DNA of 51,329 nt from an uncultured Eubacteriales bacterium (GTDB lineage Bacteria; Bacillota; Clostridia; Oscillospirales; Acutalibacteraceae). A program made the position numbers and the translations under genes. The notes under the pieces are model-generated. The model was given only the letters and a program-made list of their open reading frames with translations. It had not been told where the DNA came from and did not search any database. Where the stretch lies: contig ONAH01000040.1 of NCBI GenBank assembly GCA_900315715.1, positions 1 through 51,329 on the forward strand. Reading direction: 5' to 3'. Positions 16,661 to 26,636 of the stretch are shown piece by piece. Within the stretch, counting starts at the first letter, position 1, and each line of letters starts with the position of its first letter.

Positions 16661-16672
16661 AGGAGGCAGCTT

Positions 16673-18511
16673 ATGGCAGAAGTTAGCAAAGAATTCACAA
16701 TAGCACTTGCAGGAAACCCAAATGTCGGAAAAAGTACGGTATTTAACAATTTTACAGGATTACATCAGCATACAGGCAACTGGCCCGGAAAAACAGTAGA
16801 AAGCTCACAGGGAGAGTATATTTATAATAATTCAAAATATATAATCCAAGATCTACCGGGAACATATTCACTAACTCCAAATTCGGCAGAAGAACAGGTG
16901 ACATCAGATTATATTAAGTCAGGAGAATATGACGCTTTAGTAATAGTTCTTGACGCTACATGTATGGAAAGAAACATCAGGTTTGCCCTGAGTATAATCA
17001 GTTATGTGAAAAGCAAAGTTATACTATGTATAAATCTCATTGATGAAGCCGAAAAAAAGGGTATTAATATAGATGATAAGAAAATGTCAGAAATGCTTGG
17101 GGTACCGGTAATAAAAACGGCAGCAAGAAGCGGAAAGGGTACGGAAAACTTAAAGAAAGAAATAGAGATAATAAGCAACAGTTCCCAAGACACAGAAAAA
17201 ACAGAATTGTCTCGAAAAGATTTGACAGAATTATCCGATAAGATACTTGATGCTTGCTGTACATATAAGAGTGATAATACAGACAGGCGTGACAGACAAA
17301 TAGATAAAATACTACTGTCGAAGAGATTTGGAATTCCTGTTATGCTCATGATGCTTGCATGTGTATTCTGGATAACGATAGCAGGGGCAAATTTGCCATC
17401 AGAACTGCTGAATAAAGGATTTCGGTTATTAGGAGAGAAGCTTCGTATAGGTTTGTCAATAATCCATTGTCCTGATTTAGTTATTTCCGCAATGATAGAC
17501 GGAGTATATACCGCTTTGACATGGATAGTTTCGGTAATGTTGCCGCCTATGGCAATATTTTTTCCTTTGTTTACATTAATGGAGGATTCCGGATATCTTC
17601 CGCGTATAGCGTTCAATCTTGACACGATTTTCAGAAAAGCAAATGCACACGGCAAGCAATCGCTTACGATAGCTATGGGGTTTGGCTGTAATGCTTGCGG
17701 AGTAACAGGATGTAGGATAATAGACTCACCAAGAGAAAGGTTAATTGCGATTATTACAAACAGTCTTGTACCTTGTAACGGACGATTTCCAATGCTGATA
17801 GCGATAATCTCTATGTATTTTGTAGGGGCATCGCTTGGAGCAGCAGAAACTTTGGTGCAGTCGTTAATACTTTTGTTGTTGATAATGTTGAGTGTGGTGG
17901 TGACGCTGATATGCTCAAAGATACTGTCAAAAACCGTTCTGAAAGGCATGGAGTCATCGTTTATATTAGAGCTGCCGCCGTACAGACGTCCGCAGATAGG
18001 AAAGGTGATAATAAGATCAATATTTGACAGAACGATATTTGTATTGCTTCGTGCAATTTCAGCGGCAGCACCGGCAGGGCTTCTTATCTGGATACTTGCA
18101 AATATAAAAATAGGAGACAGCACGATACTGCTGCAAATAACTCAAATGCTTGATCCGATAGGTAGGGCATTGGGACTTGACGGTGCAATACTGTGTGCGT
18201 TTATACTTGGATTTCCTGCAAATGAGATAGTATTGCCGATAATTCTGATGATATATATGTCTGGGAGTACACTTACAGAAATTCCTGATCTTGTGCAGTT
18301 TAAAGAGATACTAACCGCTAACGGTTGGACGATTACAACAGCAATATGTATGTTGATATTTGCGTTATTTCATTTTCCTTGTTCAACAACTTGTATCACC
18401 ATATGGAAAGAAACACATAGTAAAAAATGGACACTGGTGTCAATTCTAGTACCGCTGATTGCAGGCGTAATACTCTGCTTGGCAGTAAATACCGTAACAA
18501 ATATACTATAA
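16673..18511 (+). CDS. feoB: Ferrous iron transporter FeoB (G domain plus permease)
   Basis: Start moved to the ATG at 16673. G1 motif GNPNVGKST, then DLPG, followed by a polytopic membrane domain. Confidence 0.9.
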   Translation: MAEVSKEFTIALAGNPNVGKSTVFNNFTGLHQHTGNWPGKTVESSQGEYIYNNSKYIIQDLPGTYSLTPNSAEEQVTSDYIKSGEYDALVIVLDATCMERNIRFALSIISYVKSKVILCINLIDEAEKKGINIDDKKMSEMLGVPVIKTAARSGKGTENLKKEIEIISNSSQDTEKTELSRKDLTELSDKILDACCTYKSDNTDRRDRQIDKILLSKRFGIPVMLMMLACVFWITIAGANLPSELLNKGFRLLGEKLRIGLSIIHCPDLVISAMIDGVYTALTWIVSVMLPPMAIFFPLFTLMEDSGYLPRIAFNLDTIFRKANAHGKQSLTIAMGFGCNACGVTGCRIIDSPRERLIAIITNSLVPCNGRFPMLIAIISMYFVGASLGAAETLVQSLILLLLIMLSVVVTLICSKILSKTVLKGMESSFILELPPYRRPQIGKVIIRSIFDRTIFVLLRAISAAAPAGLLIWILANIKIGDSTILLQITQMLDPIGRALGLDGAILCAFILGFPANEIVLPIILMIYMSGSTLTEIPDLVQFKEILTANGWTITTAICMLIFALFHFPCSTTCITIWKETHSKKWTLVSILVPLIAGVILCLAVNTVTNIL

Positions 18512-18520
18512 TGATGTTTG

Positions 18521-18556
18521 CCATACAGTAAATTGACATTTGCTGTATGGTATTTA
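18521..18556 (+). terminator. Rho-independent terminator
   Basis: Stem CCATACAG / CTGTATGG followed by TATTTAT. Confidence 0.6.
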
Positions 18557-18708
18557 TAATTATCCCTTTTTACAAAAAATTTTCTCTAAATTTGGGTATT
18601 TATTTTGTAATGAACTGTTGATTATATTTTATTTTGTGGTAAAATAATTTAAGAGGCTTTTATATTAAATAATTGCGTATATATATTTTGATCGAAGGGA
18701 TCATGTTT

Positions 18709-19596
18709 ATGGATGCAGTTCATCAGTTTTTTGAGACTTTTCTTGCCGTAATCAGAACATTTCGCTTTAAAGACGCAGTAGATATTACGGCAATAGCTTT
18801 AATAATATATTACCTTATCAAGCTTGTTAAAGAAACACGTGCAGTTCAGCTTGTAAAGGGTATTCTTGTACTAATAGTTCTTTATGGAATAGCGTTTGTT
18901 TTTCAGTTGACGATGCTTACTGCAATGCTCAGTAAATTTTTTGAATTTGCTGTACTGGTACTGTTTATAGTATTTCAGCCTGAAATACGTAAGGTACTTG
19001 AACAGCTTGGACGAAGTAATTATACATATAAAAGACTGCGAAAGGTATTTACAGAATCAGACACTGCGTCCGATATACTTAGACAAAAGAGAAATATAGC
19101 TGTTTTTGTAGATGCAATAATGCAGCTTCACGAAAAGAAAACAGGTGCACTTATTGTGTTTGAAAGAACTACTATGCTGGGTGATATAGCATATACAGGT
19201 ACAACACTGAACGCTTCGCCGTCTGTTATGCTGATAGGAAATATATTTTATAACAAAGCTCCGTTGCATGACGGTGCAATGATTGTGCGTGACTTTAATA
19301 TCTATGCGGCAGGCTGCATACTTCCGCTTACTCATAATGAGGGTGTAGATGATAATCTTGGTACAAGACATCGTGCAGCATTGGGCATGAGTGAGGAGTC
19401 AGATGCAGTAATAGTTGTTGTTTCGGAGGAAACAGGTTCAGTATCGATAGCACTTAACGGAGAGCTTACCAGAGATTATACAAGAGAAACTCTAACTAAT
19501 CAATTACATAAGCTTCTTATCGCAGATGAGGAGGAACAGTCAGAAAAGTTTTCGTTCCGCCCTGCTTCGAGAAAGGAGAAGAAAAAGAATGAGTGA
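18709..19596 (+). CDS. cdaA: Diadenylate cyclase CdaA (membrane-anchored DAC domain)
   Basis: Three N-terminal TM segments. DAC motifs GALIV, PLHDGAMIV, GTRHRAALG, VVVSEETG. The ATG at 18709 is 8 nt after GAAGGGA; the ATG at 18703 is also possible. Confidence 0.9.
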   Translation: MDAVHQFFETFLAVIRTFRFKDAVDITAIALIIYYLIKLVKETRAVQLVKGILVLIVLYGIAFVFQLTMLTAMLSKFFEFAVLVLFIVFQPEIRKVLEQLGRSNYTYKRLRKVFTESDTASDILRQKRNIAVFVDAIMQLHEKKTGALIVFERTTMLGDIAYTGTTLNASPSVMLIGNIFYNKAPLHDGAMIVRDFNIYAAGCILPLTHNEGVDDNLGTRHRAALGMSEESDAVIVVVSEETGSVSIALNGELTRDYTRETLTNQLHKLLIADEEEQSEKFSFRPASRKEKKKNE

Positions 19597-20974
19597 CGAA
19601 AAGAAGAAAAAGATAAAACTAAAAAAAAGAAAAACTACGTTGTCATCTCTTTTTAATGATAACAGATTTTTAATGATATTTTCACTGGTTATGGCGTTTA
19701 TAATATGGGTAGGAGTATCTGCCGACAGCGGTGAAACAGGAAATTATCCTATTACGGATATACCGGTGGTGATGGATCTTTCAGAAGACGCAGAAAACGA
19801 TAATCTCAATGTTGTATCAATCGACGGAGTCCCGGTAGATGAATTTACGGCGACAGTACGTGTAAAGGGAAACAATGTTACAGTAGGTTCTTTGACAAAA
19901 TCAGATATTCAAGTATATGGAGCTAATCTTGGAAACATCGTAACATCAGGTACATATACAGTTACGTTGCTTGCAAAACAGGTTGGAATTAAGAATAATT
20001 ATGATATAGTTTCGCTTAATCCTTCTGAAGTAACGGTTGTGGTAGATAGAAATATTATAAAAGAGTTTACCTTGGAAAGTATGATCGAAGCGTCAGCACC
20101 ATCTGATTACTACAAGGGAAATCCTGATTTTTCTGTAAAGACGGTATCGGTATCAGGTCCTGAACAGAGTGTTCAGAAGGTGGCTAAGGCTGTGGTGTCA
20201 TATAAAGCAGAGAAGGAACTGACTTCAACTACCGTCCTTAAAGGCTTACATGTGGATCTGTTAGATGAGAACGGAGATGTTATTGAAGACGATGCACTTA
20301 CAACAGATCCGGTAGAAGTAGATGTGACAATTCCTGTGTTGGTGAAGAAGAAAGTACCTGTTACGCTGATATGTGAGAACAAGCCTGAGGGACTAAACAT
20401 GGATGAGTTCGTGTCTATTGAACCGTCTGAAATAGAGATAGCCGGAAGTTCAGATGTAATAGATACTGTAAGCAGTATTAATATAGGACCATTGAATTTC
20501 AATGAGTTATCGTATGGAAAGGCACTTTTGGATTATGAAGTGACTATGCCTGAAGGTATAAGAAATCTTAACAATATTGAAAAAGCTATGGTGAAGTTTG
20601 ATTATACAAAGTTTTCAGTTAGGTCATTTACTGTAACTTCATTTAAATTTGAAAATGTTCCGGAAGGACTGGTTGCAGAATATTCACCATACAGTAATGT
20701 TATAGTTAGGGTGATAGGGCCTAAGAATGAAATTTCAGACATGACTTCATCCGATATATTATCGGTGATAGATCTTACAGGTGAAACTATCGGAAATACT
20801 GACGTAAACCTGAATATTTCTGTATTAAATCATCCATCATGCTGGGTATATGGTTCATATCAGCTAAATGTTACTGTAAGCGATGCGTCCACGGTTTCGT
20901 CACAGTCAAATACGGATACGTCGTCTAACCGGAATAACAGTAGCAGAACAGACGATACGGATAGAATAGAATAA
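19589..20974 (+). CDS. cdaR: CdaR / YbbR-domain regulator of CdaA
   Basis: The ATG at 19589 overlaps the cdaA stop by 8 nt. Lys-rich N-terminus, one TM, repeated YbbR-like beta-rich modules, Ser/Thr-rich tail. Confidence 0.85.
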   Translation: MSDEKKKKIKLKKRKTTLSSLFNDNRFLMIFSLVMAFIIWVGVSADSGETGNYPITDIPVVMDLSEDAENDNLNVVSIDGVPVDEFTATVRVKGNNVTVGSLTKSDIQVYGANLGNIVTSGTYTVTLLAKQVGIKNNYDIVSLNPSEVTVVVDRNIIKEFTLESMIEASAPSDYYKGNPDFSVKTVSVSGPEQSVQKVAKAVVSYKAEKELTSTTVLKGLHVDLLDENGDVIEDDALTTDPVEVDVTIPVLVKKKVPVTLICENKPEGLNMDEFVSIEPSEIEIAGSSDVIDTVSSINIGPLNFNELSYGKALLDYEVTMPEGIRNLNNIEKAMVKFDYTKFSVRSFTVTSFKFENVPEGLVAEYSPYSNVIVRVIGPKNEISDMTSSDILSVIDLTGETIGNTDVNLNISVLNHPSCWVYGSYQLNVTVSDASTVSSQSNTDTSSNRNNSSRTDDTDRIE

Positions 20975-20981
20975 CGGAAAG

Positions 20982-21016
20982 TGCCGACAGAAAGAATAGT
21001 CTGTCGGCATATTTCT
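20982..21016 (+). terminator. Rho-independent terminator
   Basis: Perfect 9-bp stem TGCCGACAG / CTGTCGGCA followed by TATTTCT. Confidence 0.75.
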
Positions 21017-21208
21017 ATAAAAATAGAAATAATATGTAAAAATACGGATAAAAATGCAAAAAAATTATGTTTTATGTGTTGCAATTTTTGTCAAGTGGTG
21101 ATACAATAATATAATTATAAAGATTTACTATTAAGCAATTACATCAACAGTGTCTCAAAAATGCATATATTCTTACAGTAATCAGTAAATGCAGAAAGGA
21201 AGGACATA

Positions 21209-23245
21209 ATGAAGATATGGAAAGCTTTATCTCCAAATCGTGAGAAAGTAATTGAACTTGCAAAAAAGTATAACTTAAGTACGATGTCCGCAATGCTTTT
21301 AGAGGAGAAGAAATTCCCCGATGATGAAAGCATAGAACAGTTTCTTTCGGATACACCAATATTTGAGGATCCATTTTTGATTACGGATATGGATAAGGCA
21401 GTGGCAACGGTTAGAACTTCCATACAAAACGGAGAAAAAATATGTGTGTATGGTGACTATGATGCAGACGGAGTAACCTCAACTGCATTGATGTACTCTT
21501 TTCTAAAAAGCAGGGGTGCAGATGTAATTTACTATATTCCGGCAAGAGAAACCGAAGGGTATGGACTTAATAATAATGCAGTTGATTATTTGTATTCACA
21601 AGGGATAAAGCTTATTGTAACGGTAGATAATGGAGTTTCAGCGTATGAACAGGTAGAGCGCGCGAATTTTTACGAAATGAAGGTGGTTGTTACAGACCAC
21701 CACGCACCGCCAAAAGTATTACCTGATGCTTATGCTGTTGTAGATCCACACAGAAAAGATGATACAAGTTCGTTCAAGCATTTTTCCGGAGTAGGTATTG
21801 CGTTTAAGTTTGCGATAGCTTATGACGGGGAAGATGTAGATATTACAAGTTTATTGGATCAATACGCTGATTTAGCTGCAATAGGTACTGTCGGAGATAT
21901 TGTAAGCCTTACAGGTGAAAACAGAGTTCTTGTTAAAGAAGGACTTAAACGTATAAATGCAAAAACAAGGCTTGGAATATCGTCACTTATAGAGGCTTCA
22001 GGCTTGAGGAAGGATGAGATAAAGTCTGGAGATATATCTTTTACGATTTGTCCAAGAATAAATGCAGGCGGAAGAATGGACTTATCACAGAAGTCGGTTC
22101 GTTTGCTTATTACTGAAGATAAAGCAGAGGCAGATGAGATTTCAAAGGAGCTTCATGAAGATAATACAGAGCGCCAGAGAATAGAGAAAGAAATTCTTGA
22201 AGAGGTTGAAAACACCCTTCTGAATGACGATAACGTAAGATATCGCAAGATTCTTGTAATAGCGGGAAAGGGCTGGCATCAAGGTGTAATAGGAATAGTA
22301 GCGGCAAGAATTAAAGACAGATACGGCAAACCAGTAATAATAATAACATATGATGACGAAAAAGCTAAAGGTTCAGGCAGAAGTATAGAGGGATTTCCGA
22401 TGTGTGACGCAGTGGAGTATTGTAAGTCGCTGCTAACAATATACGGAGGACATCCGATGGCTGCAGGAATGTCGCTGCCTACTGAAAATATCGACGAGTT
22501 CCGTGAAAAAATAAATGAGTATGCAGATAAGCTTACAAATACATTTTATCCGAATATTGAACTTGCTTGTAAGCTTATCCCGTCGAAGGTTACAATACCA
22601 ATGGTAGAAAGCTTATCCCAACTTGAACCATATGGAACCGGGAACCCTACTCCGGTGTTTGGGATGTATGATGTTAATTTAATAAGGATAACACCTTTAT
22701 CTGAAGGAAAGCATACAAAACTCACATTGGAAAGTCAACAGAAGTATTTTGATGCTTTGTATTTTAATATGCCGACAGAAAAACTATCATATATAGTTGG
22801 CGATAAAGTAAATATAGCAGTAACTGCAGGAATAAATGAGTATAACTCTATGAAGAGTATTTCATATATAATAAAAGATATTTGCTTTAGTCAGTCCGAT
22901 AACGAAGCACATCTGAAAAGCAGTACATATTTTGATGAGCTTATTTGCGGAAAGAAACCGGATGAAGCAATGAGAAAAATTCTTATGCCAAGCAGAGATG
23001 AATGTGCTGTTGTATATAGATATATAAAAAAGAATAACGGGTTCAAATATTCCGCTGAAGCACTACATAATAGAGTTTCAGATACGTCGATAAGCTATGG
23101 AAAGCTGTGTGTAATAATCACTGCATTTAAAGAGCTAAGACTTATTGAAGCAAGTGATAATTTTACTGCATTAGAGATAAGTCTTGTTAACAGACCACCG
23201 AAGGTAGATATTCTTTCGGCACCTATTATCAGAAAGCTTTTATAA
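21209..23245 (+). CDS. recJ: Single-stranded-DNA-specific exonuclease RecJ (DHH/DHHA1)
   Basis: Motifs GDYDADGVTS, VTVDNG, VVTDHH, GGHPMAAG. Confidence 0.9.
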   Translation: MKIWKALSPNREKVIELAKKYNLSTMSAMLLEEKKFPDDESIEQFLSDTPIFEDPFLITDMDKAVATVRTSIQNGEKICVYGDYDADGVTSTALMYSFLKSRGADVIYYIPARETEGYGLNNNAVDYLYSQGIKLIVTVDNGVSAYEQVERANFYEMKVVVTDHHAPPKVLPDAYAVVDPHRKDDTSSFKHFSGVGIAFKFAIAYDGEDVDITSLLDQYADLAAIGTVGDIVSLTGENRVLVKEGLKRINAKTRLGISSLIEASGLRKDEIKSGDISFTICPRINAGGRMDLSQKSVRLLITEDKAEADEISKELHEDNTERQRIEKEILEEVENTLLNDDNVRYRKILVIAGKGWHQGVIGIVAARIKDRYGKPVIIITYDDEKAKGSGRSIEGFPMCDAVEYCKSLLTIYGGHPMAAGMSLPTENIDEFREKINEYADKLTNTFYPNIELACKLIPSKVTIPMVESLSQLEPYGTGNPTPVFGMYDVNLIRITPLSEGKHTKLTLESQQKYFDALYFNMPTEKLSYIVGDKVNIAVTAGINEYNSMKSISYIIKDICFSQSDNEAHLKSSTYFDELICGKKPDEAMRKILMPSRDECAVVYRYIKKNNGFKYSAEALHNRVSDTSISYGKLCVIITAFKELRLIEASDNFTALEISLVNRPPKVDILSAPIIRKLL

Positions 23246-23293
23246 GTAGCGGTTAAGATATAGATAAAGTTTTAAGGAAAGGTGTGTTTTTCT

Positions 23294-25501
23294 ATGGCTG
23301 CATTCAGGAAATACTATCAGGATTATGAAGAGTTGTGTGAACTTCTCGACAAGAGTCCTAACGACTATGATCGTGAGAAAATAGAGCGTGCATATAGACT
23401 TGCAGAGAAGATGCACGGAGATCAGAGAAGAGTTTCCGGAGTTCCATATATACTGCACCCAACATCGGTTGCGTGTATAATTGTAGATTTGGGAATGGAT
23501 ACTGATTCGGTAGTTGCCGCACTCTTGCACGATGTAGTGGAGGATACTCCGGTAACACTTGAAGAAGTGGAGCAGATGTTTGGCAAGGACGTTGCAAATC
23601 TTGTCAACGGTGTAACAAAGATAAGCAAGATAGCATACACATCAAGAGAAGAACGACAAGCGGAAAATGTCAGAAAAATGCTTATGGCAATGTCTGATGA
23701 TATTCGTGTAATAATAATTAAACTAGCAGACCGTCTGCATAATATGCGTACGATAGATTGTATGCGTGAGCAGAAAAGACGTGATATTGCTCTTGAAACA
23801 ATGGAGGTATTCGCACCTATTGCCCACAGACTTGGTATAAAGGCAATTAAGGACGAAATGGAGGATCTCTCACTCCAGTATCTTGACCCGATTGGATACA
23901 GTGAGATAGAAAATCATCTGAAGAATCTTGACGGAAAAGCTTTTATAGATAAGATAATGGACAGAATTTCCAAAAAGGTTTCCGAGTATGTAAGCGACGC
24001 TGTCGTCAGCGGAAGAGTCAAGAGTATAAACGGTATTTACAAAAAACTCATTATTCAGGGAAAAAACCTTGAGGAGATATATGACATTTACGCAGTAAGA
24101 GTAATAGTAGATACGGTTACCGACTGTTATGCAGTGCTTGGAATGATACACGAAATGTATCCGCCTATTCCTAACAGATTTAAGGACTATATTTCCACAC
24201 CAAAGCCGAATCTATATCGTTCTCTGCATACAACCGTAATCAGTGAAGACGGAGTACGTTTTGAGGTACAGATTCGTACAAAAGAAATGCACCAGACCGC
24301 CGAATACGGAATTGCCGCACATTGGAAGTATAAGCTGGGTATGAACGGCAAGAATTCAATGGACGAACAGCTTGCGTGGATCAGACAGATGCTTGAAAAC
24401 CAGGCAGACAATCACGATCCCGCAAGATTAATAAAGGATATAAAGACAGATTTATCATCAGATGAGGTATTTGTATATACTCCAAAAGGGAAGCTAATAA
24501 ATCTTCCTCTTGGCTCAACGGTAATAGATGTTGCATATGCAATACATAGTCAGGTAGGAAATACAATGGTAGGAGCAAAAGCGAATTACAGAATTGTACC
24601 TATTGACTATGTAGTAAAAACAGGCGATATAATAGAGATTATCAAGGGCAAAGAGGGAACAGTAGGACCTAGTCGTGACTGGTTGAAGATAGTAAAAACA
24701 AGCAGCGCACGTAATAAGATCAGACAGTGGTTTAAGCGTGAAAAGCGTGAGGAAAACATAACTCTTGGCAAGGCTGAGTTTGAGCGTGAGTGTAAGAAGA
24801 ATGAGTTTGAGCTTACAGAACAGGAACTTGAAGCTATGATGGAGCCGATACTCAGAAAGAAAAACATTCCGTCAATGGAGCATTTTTATGCATCGATCAG
24901 CTATGGTGGAACGGTTCTCTGGAAACTAATGCCGAGAATCAAGGAAGAATATGCTAAGGTAGAAGAGGAACGCAAGAAGGCACTTGGCATAGAAGATGAA
25001 TATGTTGTTCCGATCGTAGAGCAGAAGTCACAGCCGAAGAAATCAAAGAGCGGAGTCATTATAGACGGAATGGACGATGTTGATATAAAGTTTGCAAAGT
25101 GTTGTACACCACTTCCGGGAGATGAAATAATAGCATTTATCACAAAGGGACATGGTATATCAGTTCACAAGTGTGATTGTAGGAATGTTCCTGAGAATAT
25201 AGATGAATGTGAGACTCCCGACAGATGGATAAAGGCCAGATGGTCAGAAGCGATAGACAGCTCATTTATTACAGTAATTGAGATACACTCATATGACAGA
25301 ACAGGTCTTGTAGCAGATCTTGCAGGACAGCTTGGAAATATGAGAATAAACATTCACAATATGAGTTCGAAGATAGTTCCCGGAAATATAGCAGTAGTTA
25401 CATTTAATATAACGGTCAGAGATAAATCACATCTAAGAGATATTATTTCAAGACTGATGGCAGTAAGAGGCGTTATATCTGTTGAGCGTACAAAGGGGTG
25501 A
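23294..25501 (+). CDS. relA: Bifunctional (p)ppGpp synthetase/hydrolase (RelA/SpoT homologue)
   Basis: HD hydrolase HDVVEDT, a synthetase core (YRSLHTTV), and TGS and ACT-like C-terminal regions. ATG at 23294 within track ORF 23282. Confidence 0.9.
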   Translation: MAAFRKYYQDYEELCELLDKSPNDYDREKIERAYRLAEKMHGDQRRVSGVPYILHPTSVACIIVDLGMDTDSVVAALLHDVVEDTPVTLEEVEQMFGKDVANLVNGVTKISKIAYTSREERQAENVRKMLMAMSDDIRVIIIKLADRLHNMRTIDCMREQKRRDIALETMEVFAPIAHRLGIKAIKDEMEDLSLQYLDPIGYSEIENHLKNLDGKAFIDKIMDRISKKVSEYVSDAVVSGRVKSINGIYKKLIIQGKNLEEIYDIYAVRVIVDTVTDCYAVLGMIHEMYPPIPNRFKDYISTPKPNLYRSLHTTVISEDGVRFEVQIRTKEMHQTAEYGIAAHWKYKLGMNGKNSMDEQLAWIRQMLENQADNHDPARLIKDIKTDLSSDEVFVYTPKGKLINLPLGSTVIDVAYAIHSQVGNTMVGAKANYRIVPIDYVVKTGDIIEIIKGKEGTVGPSRDWLKIVKTSSARNKIRQWFKREKREENITLGKAEFERECKKNEFELTEQELEAMMEPILRKKNIPSMEHFYASISYGGTVLWKLMPRIKEEYAKVEEERKKALGIEDEYVVPIVEQKSQPKKSKSGVIIDGMDDVDIKFAKCCTPLPGDEIIAFITKGHGISVHKCDCRNVPENIDECETPDRWIKARWSEAIDSSFITVIEIHSYDRTGLVADLAGQLGNMRINIHNMSSKIVPGNIAVVTFNITVRDKSHLRDIISRLMAVRGVISVERTKG

Positions 25502-25509
25502 GGTTTCGG

Positions 25510-25962
25510 GTGAGAGCAGTAATACAAAGGGTTTCATCAGCAAGCGTAAAGGTTGAAGGTGAAATAAAAGGCGCAGTTCAAAACGGTATGCTTGTACTTC
25601 TTGGAGTACATGAAACCGATACTGAAAAAGATGCAGAAAAGCTTGCAGCGAAAATATCTTCACTGAGGATTTTTACAGATGAAAACGACAAGATGAACCT
25701 TTCACTCTCAGATATAGACGGGAAAGTGCTTGTAATATCGAACTTCACATTGTATGGTGATTGTAGTCATGGTAGGCGGCCGAGTTTTATCTCGGCTGCT
25801 CGCCCTGAAAAAGCAGAACCGTTATATGAGTATTTCTGTGACAGACTGTTGAAATCAGGAGTGTCCGAAGTACAGATGGGTGTGTTTGGTGCAGATATGA
25901 AGGTTGAGTTGTTAAACGATGGACCTGTTACACTTGTTATTGACAGCAATACACTTGCATAA
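25510..25962 (+). CDS. dtd: D-aminoacyl-tRNA deacylase
   Basis: GTG at 25510 gives the canonical N-terminus (M)RAVIQRV. SNFTLYGD and GRRPSF motifs are present. Confidence 0.9.
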   Translation: MRAVIQRVSSASVKVEGEIKGAVQNGMLVLLGVHETDTEKDAEKLAAKISSLRIFTDENDKMNLSLSDIDGKVLVISNFTLYGDCSHGRRPSFISAARPEKAEPLYEYFCDRLLKSGVSEVQMGVFGADMKVELLNDGPVTLVIDSNTLA

Positions 25963-25979
25963 GCTTGGAGGTGCTGAGA

Positions 25980-26636
25980 TTGATAGATACAAAAATAATA
26001 ATGCTAGGAGAGCTTGCCGCAAATTGCTATATTATCACAGATAAAGCAACAGGAGAAAGCGCAGTAATAGATCCGGGCAGTTTTACCGCAAGATTAAACT
26101 ATCTTCTTGAAGAATTAAGCTACGATAAAATAAAATACATATTGTTAACTCATGCCCATTTCGACCATATAGAGGGTGTGAATCAAATAATAAAATATAC
26201 GAACGGAAAAGCAAAGGTAGCTGTTGGCAGAGAGGATATTCCTCTGCTGAGTGACTCTATGAAAAACCTTGCGTTTCCGTTTTCTATGACAACTCTTGAT
26301 CCGATAAGATGCGACATTCCATTGGATGATAACGATAGGATAAAGCTTGGTGAGAGCGAAATAACTGTAATTACAACTCCCGGTCATACAAAGGGATCTG
26401 TGTGTTTTTTGTGCGGCGATAGCCTTTATACAGGAGATACTCTGTTTAAAGGATCAGCAGGAAGAACGGATTTTCCGGGTGGCAGCTATGAGCAACTAAA
26501 GAAATCTTTGAAAAAATTGGCTGCATTAGAGGGTGACTACAAAGTTTATCCCGGTCATGACAGATCAACAACATTACAGCGCGAAAGAGAGAGTAATTAT
26601 TATATAACCGGAGAAGATTATGACAGTATATATTAA
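25980..26636 (+). CDS. MBL-fold metallo-hydrolase (glyoxalase II-like)
   Basis: THAHFDH motif, then TPGHTKGS and GDTLF. TTG at 25980 follows GGAGGTG; the ATG at 26001 is an alternative. Confidence 0.8.
   Translation: MIDTKIIMLGELAANCYIITDKATGESAVIDPGSFTARLNYLLEELSYDKIKYILLTHAHFDHIEGVNQIIKYTNGKAKVAVGREDIPLLSDSMKNLAFPFSMTTLDPIRCDIPLDDNDRIKLGESEITVITTPGHTKGSVCFLCGDSLYTGDTLFKGSAGRTDFPGGSYEQLKKSLKKLAALEGDYKVYPGHDRSTTLQRERESNYYITGEDYDSIY

Noticed and set aside
17002-18123. 373-aa antisense ORF inside feoB
   Set aside because: The + strand encodes a full-length FeoB with clear G-domain and permease motifs. The antisense product is low-complexity (Ser/Ile rich) with no RBS or recognisable motif. 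It is a typical shadow ORF.
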